Shown here: in pieces, positions 27,358 through 38,891 of the stretch
Numbering within the stretch: position 1 is the stretch's first letter
Layout of the letters: each line of letters begins with the position of its first letter
Source of the DNA: an uncultured Holophagales bacterium
GTDB lineage: Bacteria > Acidobacteriota > Thermoanaerobaculia > UBA5066
Assembly: GCA_937927565.1 (NCBI GenBank)
Contig: CALBDV010000877.1
Location: 1-52,971, forward strand
Length of the DNA: 52,971 bases
Direction: 5' to 3'
Position numbers and translations under genes: made by a program
Notes under the pieces: model-generated
What the model was told of the DNA's origin: nothing
Database searches by the model: none
Seen by the model: the letters and a program-made list of their open reading frames with translations, nothing else

Positions 27358-30068
27358 CTACCTGTCCTTCACACCGAGCGACGGGCCGAGCAGGACCGCG
27401 TTCAGGAAGACGGCCTCCGAGCCGCGCCAGACGCCGCGGAAGACCGGGTCGGCGGCGAAGCTGACGACGCGCCCCCGGCCCGACTCCTCGAGCTGGACGA
27501 CGGCGGCCCCTTTCCATCGCTCGAGCGCCTCCTTCCAGCCGAAGCCGGAGAGAAGCGGCTCGTCGGGCGCCACGGTGACGACGTTCGCCTTCGCTTCCGG
27601 AAGGCGCAGCGGCGGCTCGCCGTCGACGACGAGGAATGCGGGTGAGGCGGCAAGGCCGAAGAGAAGCGGGTGGCCGGGCATCGCCTGAGTCCTGAGGGCC
27701 GCGCCGGGAATCGGGAGAGGACGGCGCTCGAGATCGCGCTCGAAGGCGGCCTGCGGGGTCGCGGGCGGTGGCTCGGTTGCGGCCCGGGACGCGGCGGCGA
27801 CAGGTGCGTCGGACCTGGGTTCGTCCCTTGCCGGTTCATCGTCCGGGTCGGGCGGCGGCTCCCACGCCTTGACTCTCGAGAGGTCCAGCGGCTCCTCCCG
27901 CAGGGCGACGGCGCCCCCGCGGACCGCGATCAGGACCCCGCCGCCTTCGACGAAACGCCGGAGCGTCTCGGCCGCCTCTTCGGCCTGCAGCGCCCTCTGG
28001 AAACGGGAATTGCCGTGGGGGACGACGATCGCCGTGACGCCTTCGAAGTCCCCGGCAGGAAGGGACTCCACCCGCCGGAGGGTCGGGCGGACTCCGAGAC
28101 CGTTCTGGAGAGCCAGCCGGAGGAACGCGACTCCCGAGGTATCGGCGCCGTCTCCGCAGACGAGGACGACGCGCGGCGGCTTGAGGGAGAGGAGCGAGGA
28201 CGACCCGAAGGAGGGGCCGTCTTCCGTGGCGGCGCTCTCGAGGGGGCGCGTCCGGGCGTCCGCGTCGGAGGCGGCGCGGGAGACGAGCCCGGAGAGGTCG
28301 TGGACCCCCGCGTTCCCTTCGCGCCTCACGACGAACGATCCGGCAGGGACGGCGAAAGTGGCCGCACGGGCATCCCTGGTCGTGACCGAGACCCGCACCC
28401 CGGCTCCGGCGAGAGCGGCGGCTGCGCGCCGGCTCGCGGCGTCGTCTCCCGGCAGGAGCCAGCCGTAGCGAGCTCCCGCCGTGGGAACGGCCTCCGCTCT
28501 CTTCCAGGGGGCCAGGGAGCCGGCGAGCGGCGCGCCGCCGGGAAGAACGTGCGCCGTCAGGCCGAAAGCGATGGGCAGGCTCCAGGCGGTCACGTCGTAG
28601 AAGCGCTCGTCCTCCTCGAAGAGGAAGCGGCGACGCTCCTCCTCGAGAAAGTGCGGCGCGAGAGTGGCCTGCGACTCGAGGACGACCTCGGCGAAGCGTC
28701 CCTGGGGCTGGGAGGCGTCGACGACGAGCGAGCCGGCCGGAAGCGTCTCCCCCTTCGCCGGGACGTTCGGGAGCGCACGGGTCGTGACCTGGACCACGAC
28801 GTCCTGCAGAGAGAGGAGCGAGGCGAGGGAAGCGAGGCGGGAGGGGTCCTGGCCGCCGGGGAAGACGAAGACGCGCCGCGCCTCCCCGAGCCCCGAGCGG
28901 AAGAAGCCCTCGTAGTCCGCCAGGAGGCGCGCCCGGTTCGCCGCGGCCGTCCGGAGGGTGGCTCTCAGGGCCGTCCAGTGCTTGAGGGCGCGCTCCTTGA
29001 GCGTGACGACGACGCCGTCCTTGCGGCGGTGGGCCAGGCCTCCCTTGCCGCCGACCTCGTAGGTCATTCCGACCATGCCGCGGAAGGACGGCCAGGAGTC
29101 TCCGTAGGCGGGATAGAAGAGGTCGAACGTCTCCCGGCTGAAGAAGCTCCAGCCGCGGGCGTCGAAGGCCTCGGCGTTCGCCCTTCCGAACGTCTCGATC
29201 CACTTCCGGGTCGTCTCTGGAACGCGCGGGTGGACGGGCTCGGCCGGGGGCGGAAAGAAGTAGCTCTGGTCGGGCCCCATTTCGTGGATGTCCACGTAGA
29301 CCTGCGGCGGGAGCGCGTGGAGCGCGGCGAGGCGGGCGCGTGTCTCGGGCTGCGTGGCCCAGGCCCAGTCCCGGTTGAGGTCGACACCGAAGTGGTTCGA
29401 CCGGCCGGAGGGCCACGGCGGCTCGTTCTCGAGGGCGTGCGGGTCGGGGTCGGGCTCTCCGTCTGCGACGGAGCGCCAGTAGGAGACGTGCCTTTCGTGC
29501 CCGTCGGGGTTGGCGCACGGGTCGACGACGACGACGAGGGAGGAGAGAAGCTCCTCCATCCCGCTCTCGCGCGAGGCGGCGAGGGTGTAGAGGAGGGCGG
29601 CGCAGGCCTCGGGGCCCGCGGTCTCGTTGCCGTGGATGCCGCACGCGATCCAGACGACGGCGGGCGAACGCTCGACGACGGCGCGGGCCGCCTCGCGCGA
29701 GGTCCCCTTCGGGTCACCGAGGCTCTTCAGACCGGCCGCGATGGCGTCGAGGCGCGCGAGGTTCTCCGGACTCGAGACGACGACGCGGAGGAGCTCGCGC
29801 CCTTCGGGTGTCGCGCCGTAGGTTGCTGCCGAGACCCGCGGGGAGGCGGCTTCGAGGGCGCGCACGTAGCGGACGAGGTCGGCGTGCGGCGTCAGGGCGT
29901 CGCCGATCCGGTGGCCGAGGACGGCGGCCGGAAGGGGGACTTTCGGGTCGCGCTCCGTTTCGGAGAGGACGGGCCCCGAGGGACCGCCGCGCGTGGAGAA
30001 GACGGGGTCGTCCGGGGCGGCACCGAGCGCGGCGGGGGAGAGGGCGAGGAGTGTGGCGAGGAGGAGTC

Positions 30069-30072
<4 letters not shown>
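27358..30072 (-). CDS. large secreted M14-family zinc carboxypeptidase-like protein
   Basis: 904 aa with a signal peptide (MRLLLATLLALSPAALGAA). Zn motif IACGIHGNETAGPE (HxxE) and a later YVDIHEMG His. Long C-terminal extension. GTG start overlaps the response-regulator stop (GTGA). Confidence 0.85.
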
Positions 30073-31453
<1,381 letters not shown>

Positions 31454-31457
<4 letters not shown>

Positions 31458-34204
31458 GTCGCGGCGGGGAGACTCACCGTGAACCGGGCGCCCTGTCCCG
31501 GGTTGGATTCGACCGAGAACGAGCCTCCGTGCGCGCGGATGATATCCCCCGCGATCGCCAGGCCGAGCCCCACGCCGCCCTGGGGACCTTTCGTCGTGTG
31601 GAACGGGGCGAAGATCTTCTCCTGCTCGTCGCGGGTGAGGCCCGGACCGTCGTCGTCGACGGTGAAGAGGACGCTTCCGCCGGCCGCCGTGACGGCGATC
31701 CTCACGAGGCCGGGGCCGCTGCGTCCCTCCTTCGGGAGGGAGACCGCGTCGAGAGCGTTCTTCACGAGGTTCACGAGCACCTGAACGAGAGCGTCGCCGT
31801 GTCCGAGAACGCGGGGCAGCGACGCCGGCAGGTCGACGTCGAGCCTGACGCGCCGTCCCTTCACCTCGTCCTCGAGGGCCTGGCAGGTTTCCCGGACGAG
31901 GGTGGCCGGCTCGAGCGAAGCCATCTCGCGCGGGCGGCCCCGGGCCAGGTCGAGCAGGCTCCCGACGAGGCGGGCCGCACGGAAAGCCTGTCGTTCGATC
32001 TTCTCGAGGATGGGCCGGCGGGGGTCGTCGGCCGCGGTGTCGTCGAGGAGGAGCCGCGCGAAGCTGGCGACGCCGGTGAGCGGCGTGTTCACCTCGTGCG
32101 CGACGCCGGCGGAGAGATTGGAGAGCGCCGAGAGGCGGTCCCGTTCGGCGAGGCTCTTTTCGAGGCGGGCGAGCTCGGTGGAGTCGGAGAGGACCCAGAC
32201 CCGGGCGGGGGAACCTTCCGGCGCCCCGGGAAACGGGGAGACGGCGACGTCGAGGACGCGCACCCCGTGGCCCAGCGTCACCTCGACGCGTGCCGGGGCG
32301 CGCGCCGAGAGAATGGCCTGAGGAAGAACGTCGTCAGCGAGACGGCCGGCGAGGTTCCCCGCGCCGTCGCCGAACAGCTTCTCGAACGCCGGGTTGACCG
32401 ACGAGATCCGGCCCCGCTCGTCGGTCACGATGATCGCGGCCGGAGAGCCGGTGACGACGTCCTCGTGGAACTCCTTCAGCCGACGGTACTGCTCCGCCTG
32501 GGCTTCCAGCTCGCCGTAGAGTCGCGCGTGGTCGACGGCGAGGGCGGCGGAAGCCAGGACGGTCTCGAGGAGCTCGATGTCCTCTCCCGAAAGCGGGTCG
32601 CGCCCTCCCCGGTCCGCGACCGCGAAGAGGCCGAGAAGGCGGCCCGAGAGGGCGAGCGGGGCGATGGTCCGGAAGCCGGCTCTCCGCGTCCTCGCCACGG
32701 CGGCGGTCGGGCGTTCGTTGAACGCGAGCCGCGAGAGCCGGGTCGCCTTCTTCGTCGCCTCGGAAGGGAGGTCCTCGAGCGAGAGGGGTTCGCCCGCGTC
32801 GAGCGCGGACGCGTCGAGGCGGCCATCGGGGAGAGCCAGCAGGAGCGTCGCCCGAGGCACGCCGAGCCCGCTCATGACGCGTTCCGCGAGGAGCGGCCCG
32901 ATCTCGGCGAGGCGGCGGGGACGCGAGAGCTCGCGGACGAGGGCGAGGAGCCCCTCGCGTTCACCGAAGCGCTCGCCGTACTGGACCCGCGCGAGCGCGG
33001 TGGAGAGCCCCCTGCGGACGGGAAAGAACGTGAGGGCGATGAGGAGCCCCGCTCCTGTCTCCACGAGCCCGCGACCGTAGGGGATCCCCGGCAGGAGATC
33101 GCCGAGGTCGGCGACCTGGGCGAGCGAGAAGAGACCCGCGCCGAGGAACGCCGCGCCGAGGAGCGCGACGGTTTCCCGCGTCAGGATTTCGACGTCCCAG
33201 AGCCGGTAGCGGGTCAGGGCGGCGAGAAAGGCGGCCGGGACGAGGACGAGCGGGACGATCGAGAAGCTGGAGACGACGGGGATCGGTCCGCCGAGGAGGC
33301 GCGGCAGGAAATCGAGCAGGACGACGGGAAGCAGTCCTCCGGCCGTCCCGGCGAGGAGGAAGCGGACCTGCTTCTCGGCGAGGAGGTCGAGGCGTCGGGT
33401 CGCGAGGGTGACGAGGCGGGCGACCGCGAGGGTGACGCCCAGGAGCAGGGCGGCCTGCTGGAGCCGGTCGAGGCGAAGGACGAGGGGTGTGGCGTCGATG
33501 TCGGCGGCGGGCGGGTTCAGGTAGGTCGCGAGCGAGAGGATCGTCAGGGCGAGGGCGGGGACGAAGAAGAGCGCGCCGGGGACCCGGGCGGACCTGCGAG
33601 GGAACCGGAAGACGAACGCGAGGAGGAACGCCGGCAGGAAGGCGCGGGCGGCATCCTCCAGGAGCGTCGTGACCCTGAAGAGGGCGTCGTACGGCGGGGC
33701 CGGGGTGATGACGAGGACCATCGCCGTCGTGTACGCGAAGCCCGCGAAGAGGAAATGGCTGACCGGGTCGGCCTCGTGCGGCGCCGTTCTCAGGACGACG
33801 CCGGTCGCAACGAGGAAGGCGGCGCCGGCGAGGAGGAGGAGCAGGTAGCGCGTGTCCCAGGGCGACGGGCCGATTCGCCCCTTGAGCCGGAGCGGTTGTC
33901 CGTCCCGCAGGATCGTCAGCTCACGCTCGCCCCCTTCCAGGGCGCGGACCGGGTCGGGGAGGGTCCGGGCCTCCCCACCGTCCACGAGCAGGAGGATGTC
34001 GTCCGGCCGGAGCCCGACGGCCGAGGCTGTCCCCGGCGCCCGAACCCGGAAGCCGCTCTCCTCCGGCGTCAGGAGGATTCCCGACTGGCCCGTTGCAGCG
34101 AGCTTTCTCGCGGCGGAGAAGCCGACGGGCACGAGAATCGCCAGGAAGACCCCCAGCAATCCCCACCAGAGGAGCACACCAGCCCGCCGACGAGACTCCC
34201 TCAT
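31454..34204 (-). CDS. sensor histidine kinase: N-terminal TM + PDZ-like domain, multi-TM block, GAF, PAS, HisKA, HATPase
   Basis: Track ORF 31454..34297 trimmed to ATG 34204 (MRESRRRAGVLLWWGLLGVF). PDZ-like VGLRPDDILLLVDGGEA..LTILRDGQPLRL. H-box SAGVAHEVNTPL. N/G boxes LVNLVKNALDAV, DDDGPGL, GGVGLGLAI. The start is uncertain; see the sigma-54 promoter feature. Confidence 0.9.
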
Positions 34205-34219
34205 TCCTTTGTGTCGCAG

Positions 34220-34234
34220 GCAAACGCAGTGCCA
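34220..34234 (-). promoter_or_regulatory. sigma-54 (RpoN) promoter, exact consensus TGGCAC-N5-TTGC
   Basis: The minus strand reads gattcgTGGCACtgcgtTTGCctgcgacacaaaggaATG. With the -12 GC at 34221/34220, the predicted TSS is near 34208, only about 4 nt before ATG 34204. It sits in a GC-depressed, AT-tract-containing spacer directly upstream of an operon that encodes a GAFTGA activator. Confidence 0.6.
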
Positions 34235-34356
34235 CGAATCCGGTTCGTTGGAACGCTGGAAGTGGCCGTCCCTGTGCGGGTTATCGGCGATCCTCAACCA
34301 AACGCGTCACTCTGCCGCGCGAAAATTGAATCGAAATCCAAAAAAATCCAGCCGGG

Positions 34357-36279
34357 TCAGAACGAAAGAGAAAGGCCTCCGGCCAGCTGGCGGTTCGGTC
34401 TCGGATCCTCGAGCCCTTCCTGGCGACTCCCCATCGCGACGGAGAAGAGCGCCTGCCAACGGGAGCTGCTGCGCAGGATGCGGATCGGGATCTCCTGGGC
34501 GAGGGTCACGTCGATCGACTCGCGGCCGTTGCGGTAGGCCTCGGCGCCGGCTCCCAGCTCCTGCTCGAGGAGACGGTATCGGACCGACACGGAGGTGCCG
34601 CTCGGAAGGACTTCGACGCGGGCGCTCGAGACCCAGTAACGGGCTTCGTTCGAGATCGTTCCGGCCGCCATCCCGTCGCCGGACACGCGGCCGCCGAGAA
34701 GGGCGAGCCGGGTTGCGACGTTCTCCTTGACCGCAAACGTGATGGAACCGGAGACCTCGTCCGCCACGTCTCCCGGGAAGAGGTAGAGGGCGTCGACGCG
34801 GTCGATGAGATCGGTGTCGAGCAGGAGCTGGAATGCCTCGGAGATCTCGCGGCGGCTCGCCTCGAGCTCGAGCCGGCCGGTGGAGTGGCCTTCCAGACGC
34901 GCGCCGGCCCTGTAGAGGGCCCGTGTGGCACGGATGAGGTCCGCTTCGTCGATGCCGACGATCCCGGAGACGAGGATGTCCGGCACGCGCTGCTCGAAGC
35001 GGCGCGAGGCGAATCCGTAGACCGTCAGCCCTTCGAGCGCCTCGACCGAGAGCGTCAGCTCGGGAGCCACGCCTCGCGAGGAGGCGGAATAGTCACCGGT
35101 GCCCCCCGCCTCGACGACGAGGGCGTCGAGGAGCCGGATACCGGCGACGCCTCCGACGCGCGCCGCACGGTCGGGACGCGGGTCGGTGGCTTCGGAGGCC
35201 TCGGTGACGTCCGAGCGATAGCCGACGTGCACCCTCACGAAGCGTCCGTTTCCGAGCTCGCTCCGGTACCGTGCATCGACCTCGAGGGCGCTTCCCTCCT
35301 GGTGAAACAGGGCCCTCTGGAGCGACGCCGGCTCGAGGTTCCTGTGAGTCAGGAGCCGGGCGGAGACGGAGGCGCGGGAGCCGTTGGTCCGGCTGGCGGT
35401 CCAGTCCACCGAGTGGGCGTCCAGGCGGGCATCGGCACTCTCGAAGGTGGGAATCTCGCTCCTGCGGCTGGAGACGCGAATGGACTGACCCGCGGACGGG
35501 AGGAGGTCCAGCGCGACGCTGGAGGCGCCGCCGACGGTCTCGCCGGCCTGGGACAGGATCCGGTCGTACTCGCCCGAGAGACCCCACCGCACGCCGCCGC
35601 CGAGGCTGCCGCCGATGTCGAGCGAGGTCTGGGTGCGGGCTCCGGCTCCCTCCGCTGCGAATCCGTGCAGCGAGGCGACGGAGCCCCGGAACGGGATCGC
35701 CGTGGCGCTCGAGCGGGACGCGGACGCCACGGCGGTCGGACCCGGGGCCGGCGCAGGCGTGGGAGAACCCTCCGCGAAATCCTGGTCCCGGAGGACGTCC
35801 CCGGCGAGGATCGCCCGGGACGTCCACGGGTCCAGAGCGCCTCCCGGCCCGGCCGGGAGGATTCCCCGGCGGTCCCGGTCGAGATCGAGGCGGACGAAGG
35901 AGAGGCTGTTGGCCGTCGTGCGGTGGAGAACCTGTGCGGAGGCGGACCGGAACCCCGGTACGGCGGCGAGGACCGAGTAGACCCCCGGCGCCGCGTCGGC
36001 GAGGCAGAAGGTCCCTTCGGCGTCGGTCTTCAGGATCCGGACGACGGACGCCGCCGCTCCCGTGAGCCCGCGGACGACGAGGGAGACTCCGGCGAGGGGG
36101 ACGCCGTCCGCGCGAAGGACGCCCGAGAGGGGAGCCGAGGGTCCAGGTCCTTCGAGGGGCGCGCCCAGCGCCTGCGCGGCGAGAACTGCCGCGACGAAAC
36201 CGGCGAGCACGGCCGGGCGAAGGGTCTTGGCGGAGCGCCTCAACTCACAGGACTCCGACCCTCGAAAGGGCGTTCCCAC
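34357..36279 (-). CDS. outer-membrane beta-barrel protein with N-terminal CarboxypepD_reg-like domain
   Basis: 640 aa with a signal-like AVLAGFVAAVLAAQALGAP. GVSLVVRG..TDAEGTFCLADAAPGVYSVLA is a CarboxypepD_reg pattern. The rest is alternating beta-strand-like sequence ending GGLSLSF (C-terminal Phe). Start is GTG 36279, or TTG 36243 with GGAG upstream. Confidence 0.7.
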   Translation of the reverse strand: MGTPFRGSESCELRRSAKTLRPAVLAGFVAAVLAAQALGAPLEGPGPSAPLSGVLRADGVPLAGVSLVVRGLTGAAASVVRILKTDAEGTFCLADAAPGVYSVLAAVPGFRSASAQVLHRTTANSLSFVRLDLDRDRRGILPAGPGGALDPWTSRAILAGDVLRDQDFAEGSPTPAPAPGPTAVASASRSSATAIPFRGSVASLHGFAAEGAGARTQTSLDIGGSLGGGVRWGLSGEYDRILSQAGETVGGASSVALDLLPSAGQSIRVSSRRSEIPTFESADARLDAHSVDWTASRTNGSRASVSARLLTHRNLEPASLQRALFHQEGSALEVDARYRSELGNGRFVRVHVGYRSDVTEASEATDPRPDRAARVGGVAGIRLLDALVVEAGGTGDYSASSRGVAPELTLSVEALEGLTVYGFASRRFEQRVPDILVSGIVGIDEADLIRATRALYRAGARLEGHSTGRLELEASRREISEAFQLLLDTDLIDRVDALYLFPGDVADEVSGSITFAVKENVATRLALLGGRVSGDGMAAGTISNEARYWVSSARVEVLPSGTSVSVRYRLLEQELGAGAEAYRNGRESIDVTLAQEIPIRILRSSSRWQALFSVAMGSRQEGLEDPRPNRQLAGGLSLSF

Positions 36280-36340
36280 TAATCATGGTCCTCAGTCCGG
36301 CCCGCCGTCAACCCGAACCGAACGGAGGACCACCGTGCCG

Positions 36341-37255
36341 TCAGGACTGGGCCGGGCCCATTCCCAGGACGATCCGGACCGTGTGCCGGGCTATGGACGG
36401 GTTCTCCTTGAGGCGCCGGAGGGAGTAGGCGTACCAGTCCCGGCCGTAGGGCACGTAGACGCGCAGGCGGTGGCCGGCCTTCAGGATCGTCCGCCTGAGG
36501 AGCGGGTCGACGCCGAGGAGCATCTGGAACTCGTACTGGTCGGGCGTCAGCTTCAGCCGGTCGATGGTGGCGAGCGCCTTCTGCACGCACGCCTCGTCGT
36601 GGGTCGCGATGCCGGCGTAGCAGCCCGCCGCGAGGTGCTTGTCGACGATCGCCGCGAAGTTCTCTATGACGACCTGGCGGTCCTTGAATGCGATCTCGCG
36701 AGGCTCGACGTAGATCCCCTTGCAGATGCGCACGTTCATCCTGGCGGCGACGAGCCGGTCCATGTCCGCGAGCGTCCGGCGCATGTAGGCCTGCACGACC
36801 ACGCCGACGCCCGGGAACTCCTTCTTCAGGTCGAGGACGAGCTGAAGGGTCTTCTCCGTGTAGGGCGAGTCCTCCATGTCGATCCTCACGAACGTCCCCG
36901 ACTCGCCGGCCTTCCGGCAGATGGCCCGGCAGTTCTCCCGCGCGAGCTGCGGGTCGATGGAGAGCCCGACGGCCGTCGGCTTGATGGAGACGTTGGCCGT
37001 GAGACGGTTCGCGACGATCGCATCGAGGACCCGGAGGTACTCGTCGCGCGTCTCCTCCGTCTGCTCGCGCCTCGTGACGCTTTCTCCGAGGACGTCGACG
37101 GTGGCCATCGCGCCCTCGACCGCGAGCTCGCGAACGGTGCGGACGGCGTCGTCGAGCGTCTCGCCCGCGACGTAGCGGCGGGCGAACCTGCGGACGACGG
37201 GCTTGGGGACGAACGGCAGCGTGCCGACGACGAGGCGATCGAAGAGTGAGCTCAT
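36341..37255 (-). CDS. monofunctional proline dehydrogenase
   Basis: 304 aa. Motifs: ATVDVLGE, NVSIKPTAVG, RIDMEDS, VVVQAYMRRT, VRICKGIY, EFQMLLGV, YVPYG..WY.Y..RRL.ENP, all characteristic of the PRODH beta8-alpha8 barrel. Confidence 0.9.
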   Translation of the reverse strand: MSSLFDRLVVGTLPFVPKPVVRRFARRYVAGETLDDAVRTVRELAVEGAMATVDVLGESVTRREQTEETRDEYLRVLDAIVANRLTANVSIKPTAVGLSIDPQLARENCRAICRKAGESGTFVRIDMEDSPYTEKTLQLVLDLKKEFPGVGVVVQAYMRRTLADMDRLVAARMNVRICKGIYVEPREIAFKDRQVVIENFAAIVDKHLAAGCYAGIATHDEACVQKALATIDRLKLTPDQYEFQMLLGVDPLLRRTILKAGHRLRVYVPYGRDWYAYSLRRLKENPSIARHTVRIVLGMGPAQS

Positions 37256-38067
37256 GTGGTCTCCGTCAGGGCGTGGGGCAGGGCCTCGGTCTCGGGGGTC
37301 CGGGCCAGGACGAGGAGGTCGACGCGCGCGGCTCCGGAGGCTCGCAGGGTGCGGGCGGCTTCGAAAGCGGTGGCGCCGGTGGTCATGACGTCGTCGACGA
37401 GGAGGAGGTGGGCCCCGCGCGCGGACGGCGAGGAGCGGAAGGCGCCGTGGACGTTTCGCCGGCGCTCCGTGGCCGGGAGGGCCGACTGCGGCGGCGCTTC
37501 GCGGACCCGCGACAGGAGAGCTCGGAGGGGCCGGCCGAGCTGCCTCGCGACTTCCTCCGCGAGGAGGCCCCCGGGGTCGTAGCCGCGGTCGCGGTTCCTT
37601 CGGGTCGTGGAGGGGACCGGAACGATCGCGCCGTCATCGCGATCGAGGCCGCGGGCCCGGGCGGTTGCGGCCATGAGGGCTCCGGCGGGTGCGGCGAGGA
37701 TGTCGTGCCCCCGGAACTTCAGGGCGTGGACGAGCTTGCGGGCCACGCCCTCGTACCGCACCACCGCGGCGGCACGCGTCACGGGAGACGCGCCGCTGCC
37801 GCAGGAACGGCAGAGGGGCGCGGCGGACGGCAGGGCGCAGGCCTGACACGCGTCGTCCCCGTCGAGGAAGGGAAGCGCCTCCCAGCACGCACGGCAGAAA
37901 CCGCCACCGCCCACGCCGCGCCGGGCGGCGCCGCAGGAGGCGCAGCACGAGGGGAACAGGAAATGGAGGATGGCCCGCCCGGGGAGGAGGGACACGGTCG
38001 CGAAGGCGCCCGCCACGGCTGGAATTCTAGACGAGAGGGGCCGCGCCTCCGTAAGCCGGACATGCAC
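37252..38067 (-). CDS. comF: ComF-family phosphoribosyltransferase-like protein
   Basis: 271 aa. N-terminal Cys-rich zinc-finger-like CCASCG..CRACW..CQAC..CRSCG. PRT motif LLLVDDVMTTGAT. Start codon uncertain: GTG 38067 or a later in-frame GTG. Confidence 0.8.
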   Translation of the reverse strand: MHVRLTEARPLSSRIPAVAGAFATVSLLPGRAILHFLFPSCCASCGAARRGVGGGGFCRACWEALPFLDGDDACQACALPSAAPLCRSCGSGASPVTRAAAVVRYEGVARKLVHALKFRGHDILAAPAGALMAATARARGLDRDDGAIVPVPSTTRRNRDRGYDPGGLLAEEVARQLGRPLRALLSRVREAPPQSALPATERRRNVHGAFRSSPSARGAHLLLVDDVMTTGATAFEAARTLRASGAARVDLLVLARTPETEALPHALTETT

Positions 38068-38106
38068 ATTGACGCCCCTTTCAGCGTCCCTCTATCCTGC
38101 CGCAGG

Positions 38107-38676
38107 ATGAAAGCCCCCCGCCTGCCGCGCCCTGGGCTCGCTGCCCTCCTCCTCTCCCTCGCTGCCGCGTCCGTTCTCGTCGGTCCCGCTGCTACCGCCC
38201 AGACCTTCGCCATCGGGGCGGGCGGGGGCATCCTGAACGACACGGGATCGGCCGCGAACCTGGACAACTTCTCCACCGGCGCAGGGTACGGCTTCGTCGA
38301 GATGAAGCTCGAGCCGGGGGTTCTCATGCAGGCGCGCTACACGCGCATGCAGCTCCCCCCGTCGGCCGAGAACGGGCCGGACATCGACGTCGACGCGGCG
38401 ACGCTGACGATCGCGTATCTCTTCAAGGAAGACTGGTGGCAGGCCGGCTTCGTCATGGGGGGAGGCGGCTACTTCCTGAACCCGAAGGACCCTGGTCCCG
38501 GGCAGGTCGCGACCGACCCCGACGAGTCCGTCTTCGGCCTGACCGGCGGGCTGCTGACCGTCTTCACGGTGAACCGCAAGATCGACATCCGGCTGGAGGC
38601 CGTCGGGCACCTCCTGAGGGATTCGAACAGCCGGAAACCGGTCATCGTCTCTGCCGCCGTGGCCTGGAGATTCTGA
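38107..38676 (+). CDS. small outer-membrane beta-barrel protein
   Basis: Last 189 aa of track ORF 37246..38676, from ATG 38107. Signal peptide MKAPRLPRPGLAALLLSLAAASVLVGPAATAQ. Alternating hydrophobic beta pattern with an aromatic C-terminus AAVAWRF. Confidence 0.75.
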   Translation: MKAPRLPRPGLAALLLSLAAASVLVGPAATAQTFAIGAGGGILNDTGSAANLDNFSTGAGYGFVEMKLEPGVLMQARYTRMQLPPSAENGPDIDVDAATLTIAYLFKEDWWQAGFVMGGGGYFLNPKDPGPGQVATDPDESVFGLTGGLLTVFTVNRKIDIRLEAVGHLLRDSNSRKPVIVSAAVAWRF

Positions 38677-38776
38677 CGGGAATGGCGGGGTTCCCGCCCG
38701 ACCTCTGGGGTCGGGCGGGAAGTGCGGCGGTGGGATTTTCCTGGTGGGGCTGATGTGAGGGGTATTGGGTGGTGGG

Positions 38777-38817
38777 CCCGCAGGCGGGGAGCCTGCGGGG
38801 CTTTACGGGCGGGTTTT
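38777..38817 (+). terminator. hairpin plus short T-run, candidate terminator for the small OMP gene
   Basis: CCCGCAGGC-GGGGA-GCCTGCGGG is a perfect 9-bp stem. GGGTTTT follows only after a 14-nt gap, so this is non-canonical. Confidence 0.35.
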
Positions 38818-38876
38818 GAAGATCTGACGCCACCCTTGGCGTTGGAGTCTGTCTTTGATCTCCTGACTTTCAGTAC

Positions 38877-38891
38877 GCAATCGGGATGCCA
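38877..38891 (-). promoter_or_regulatory. sigma-54-like promoter element (TGGCAT-N5-TTGC), weak call
   Basis: The minus strand reads ccaaTGGCATcccgaTTGCgtactg. GG-N10-GC spacing is correct and 9 of 10 consensus positions match. It lies in the 379-nt convergent spacer with no obvious gene downstream. Confidence 0.25.

Noticed and set aside
34205-34297. N-terminal 31-aa extension of the histidine kinase from TTG 34297, as in the ORF track
   Set aside because: Third-position GC is lower than in real genes here. There is no hydrophobic or conserved feature. It would contain the exact sigma-54 promoter. ATG 34204, just before the first TM segment, is preferred.
38740-38776. G-run cluster (GGGG-N9-GGGG-N4-GGG-N4-GGG) as a G-quadruplex motif
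   Set aside because: Such G-run patterns are expected by chance in DNA of about 70% GC, and one loop is long (9 nt). It is noted only as part of the spacer description.
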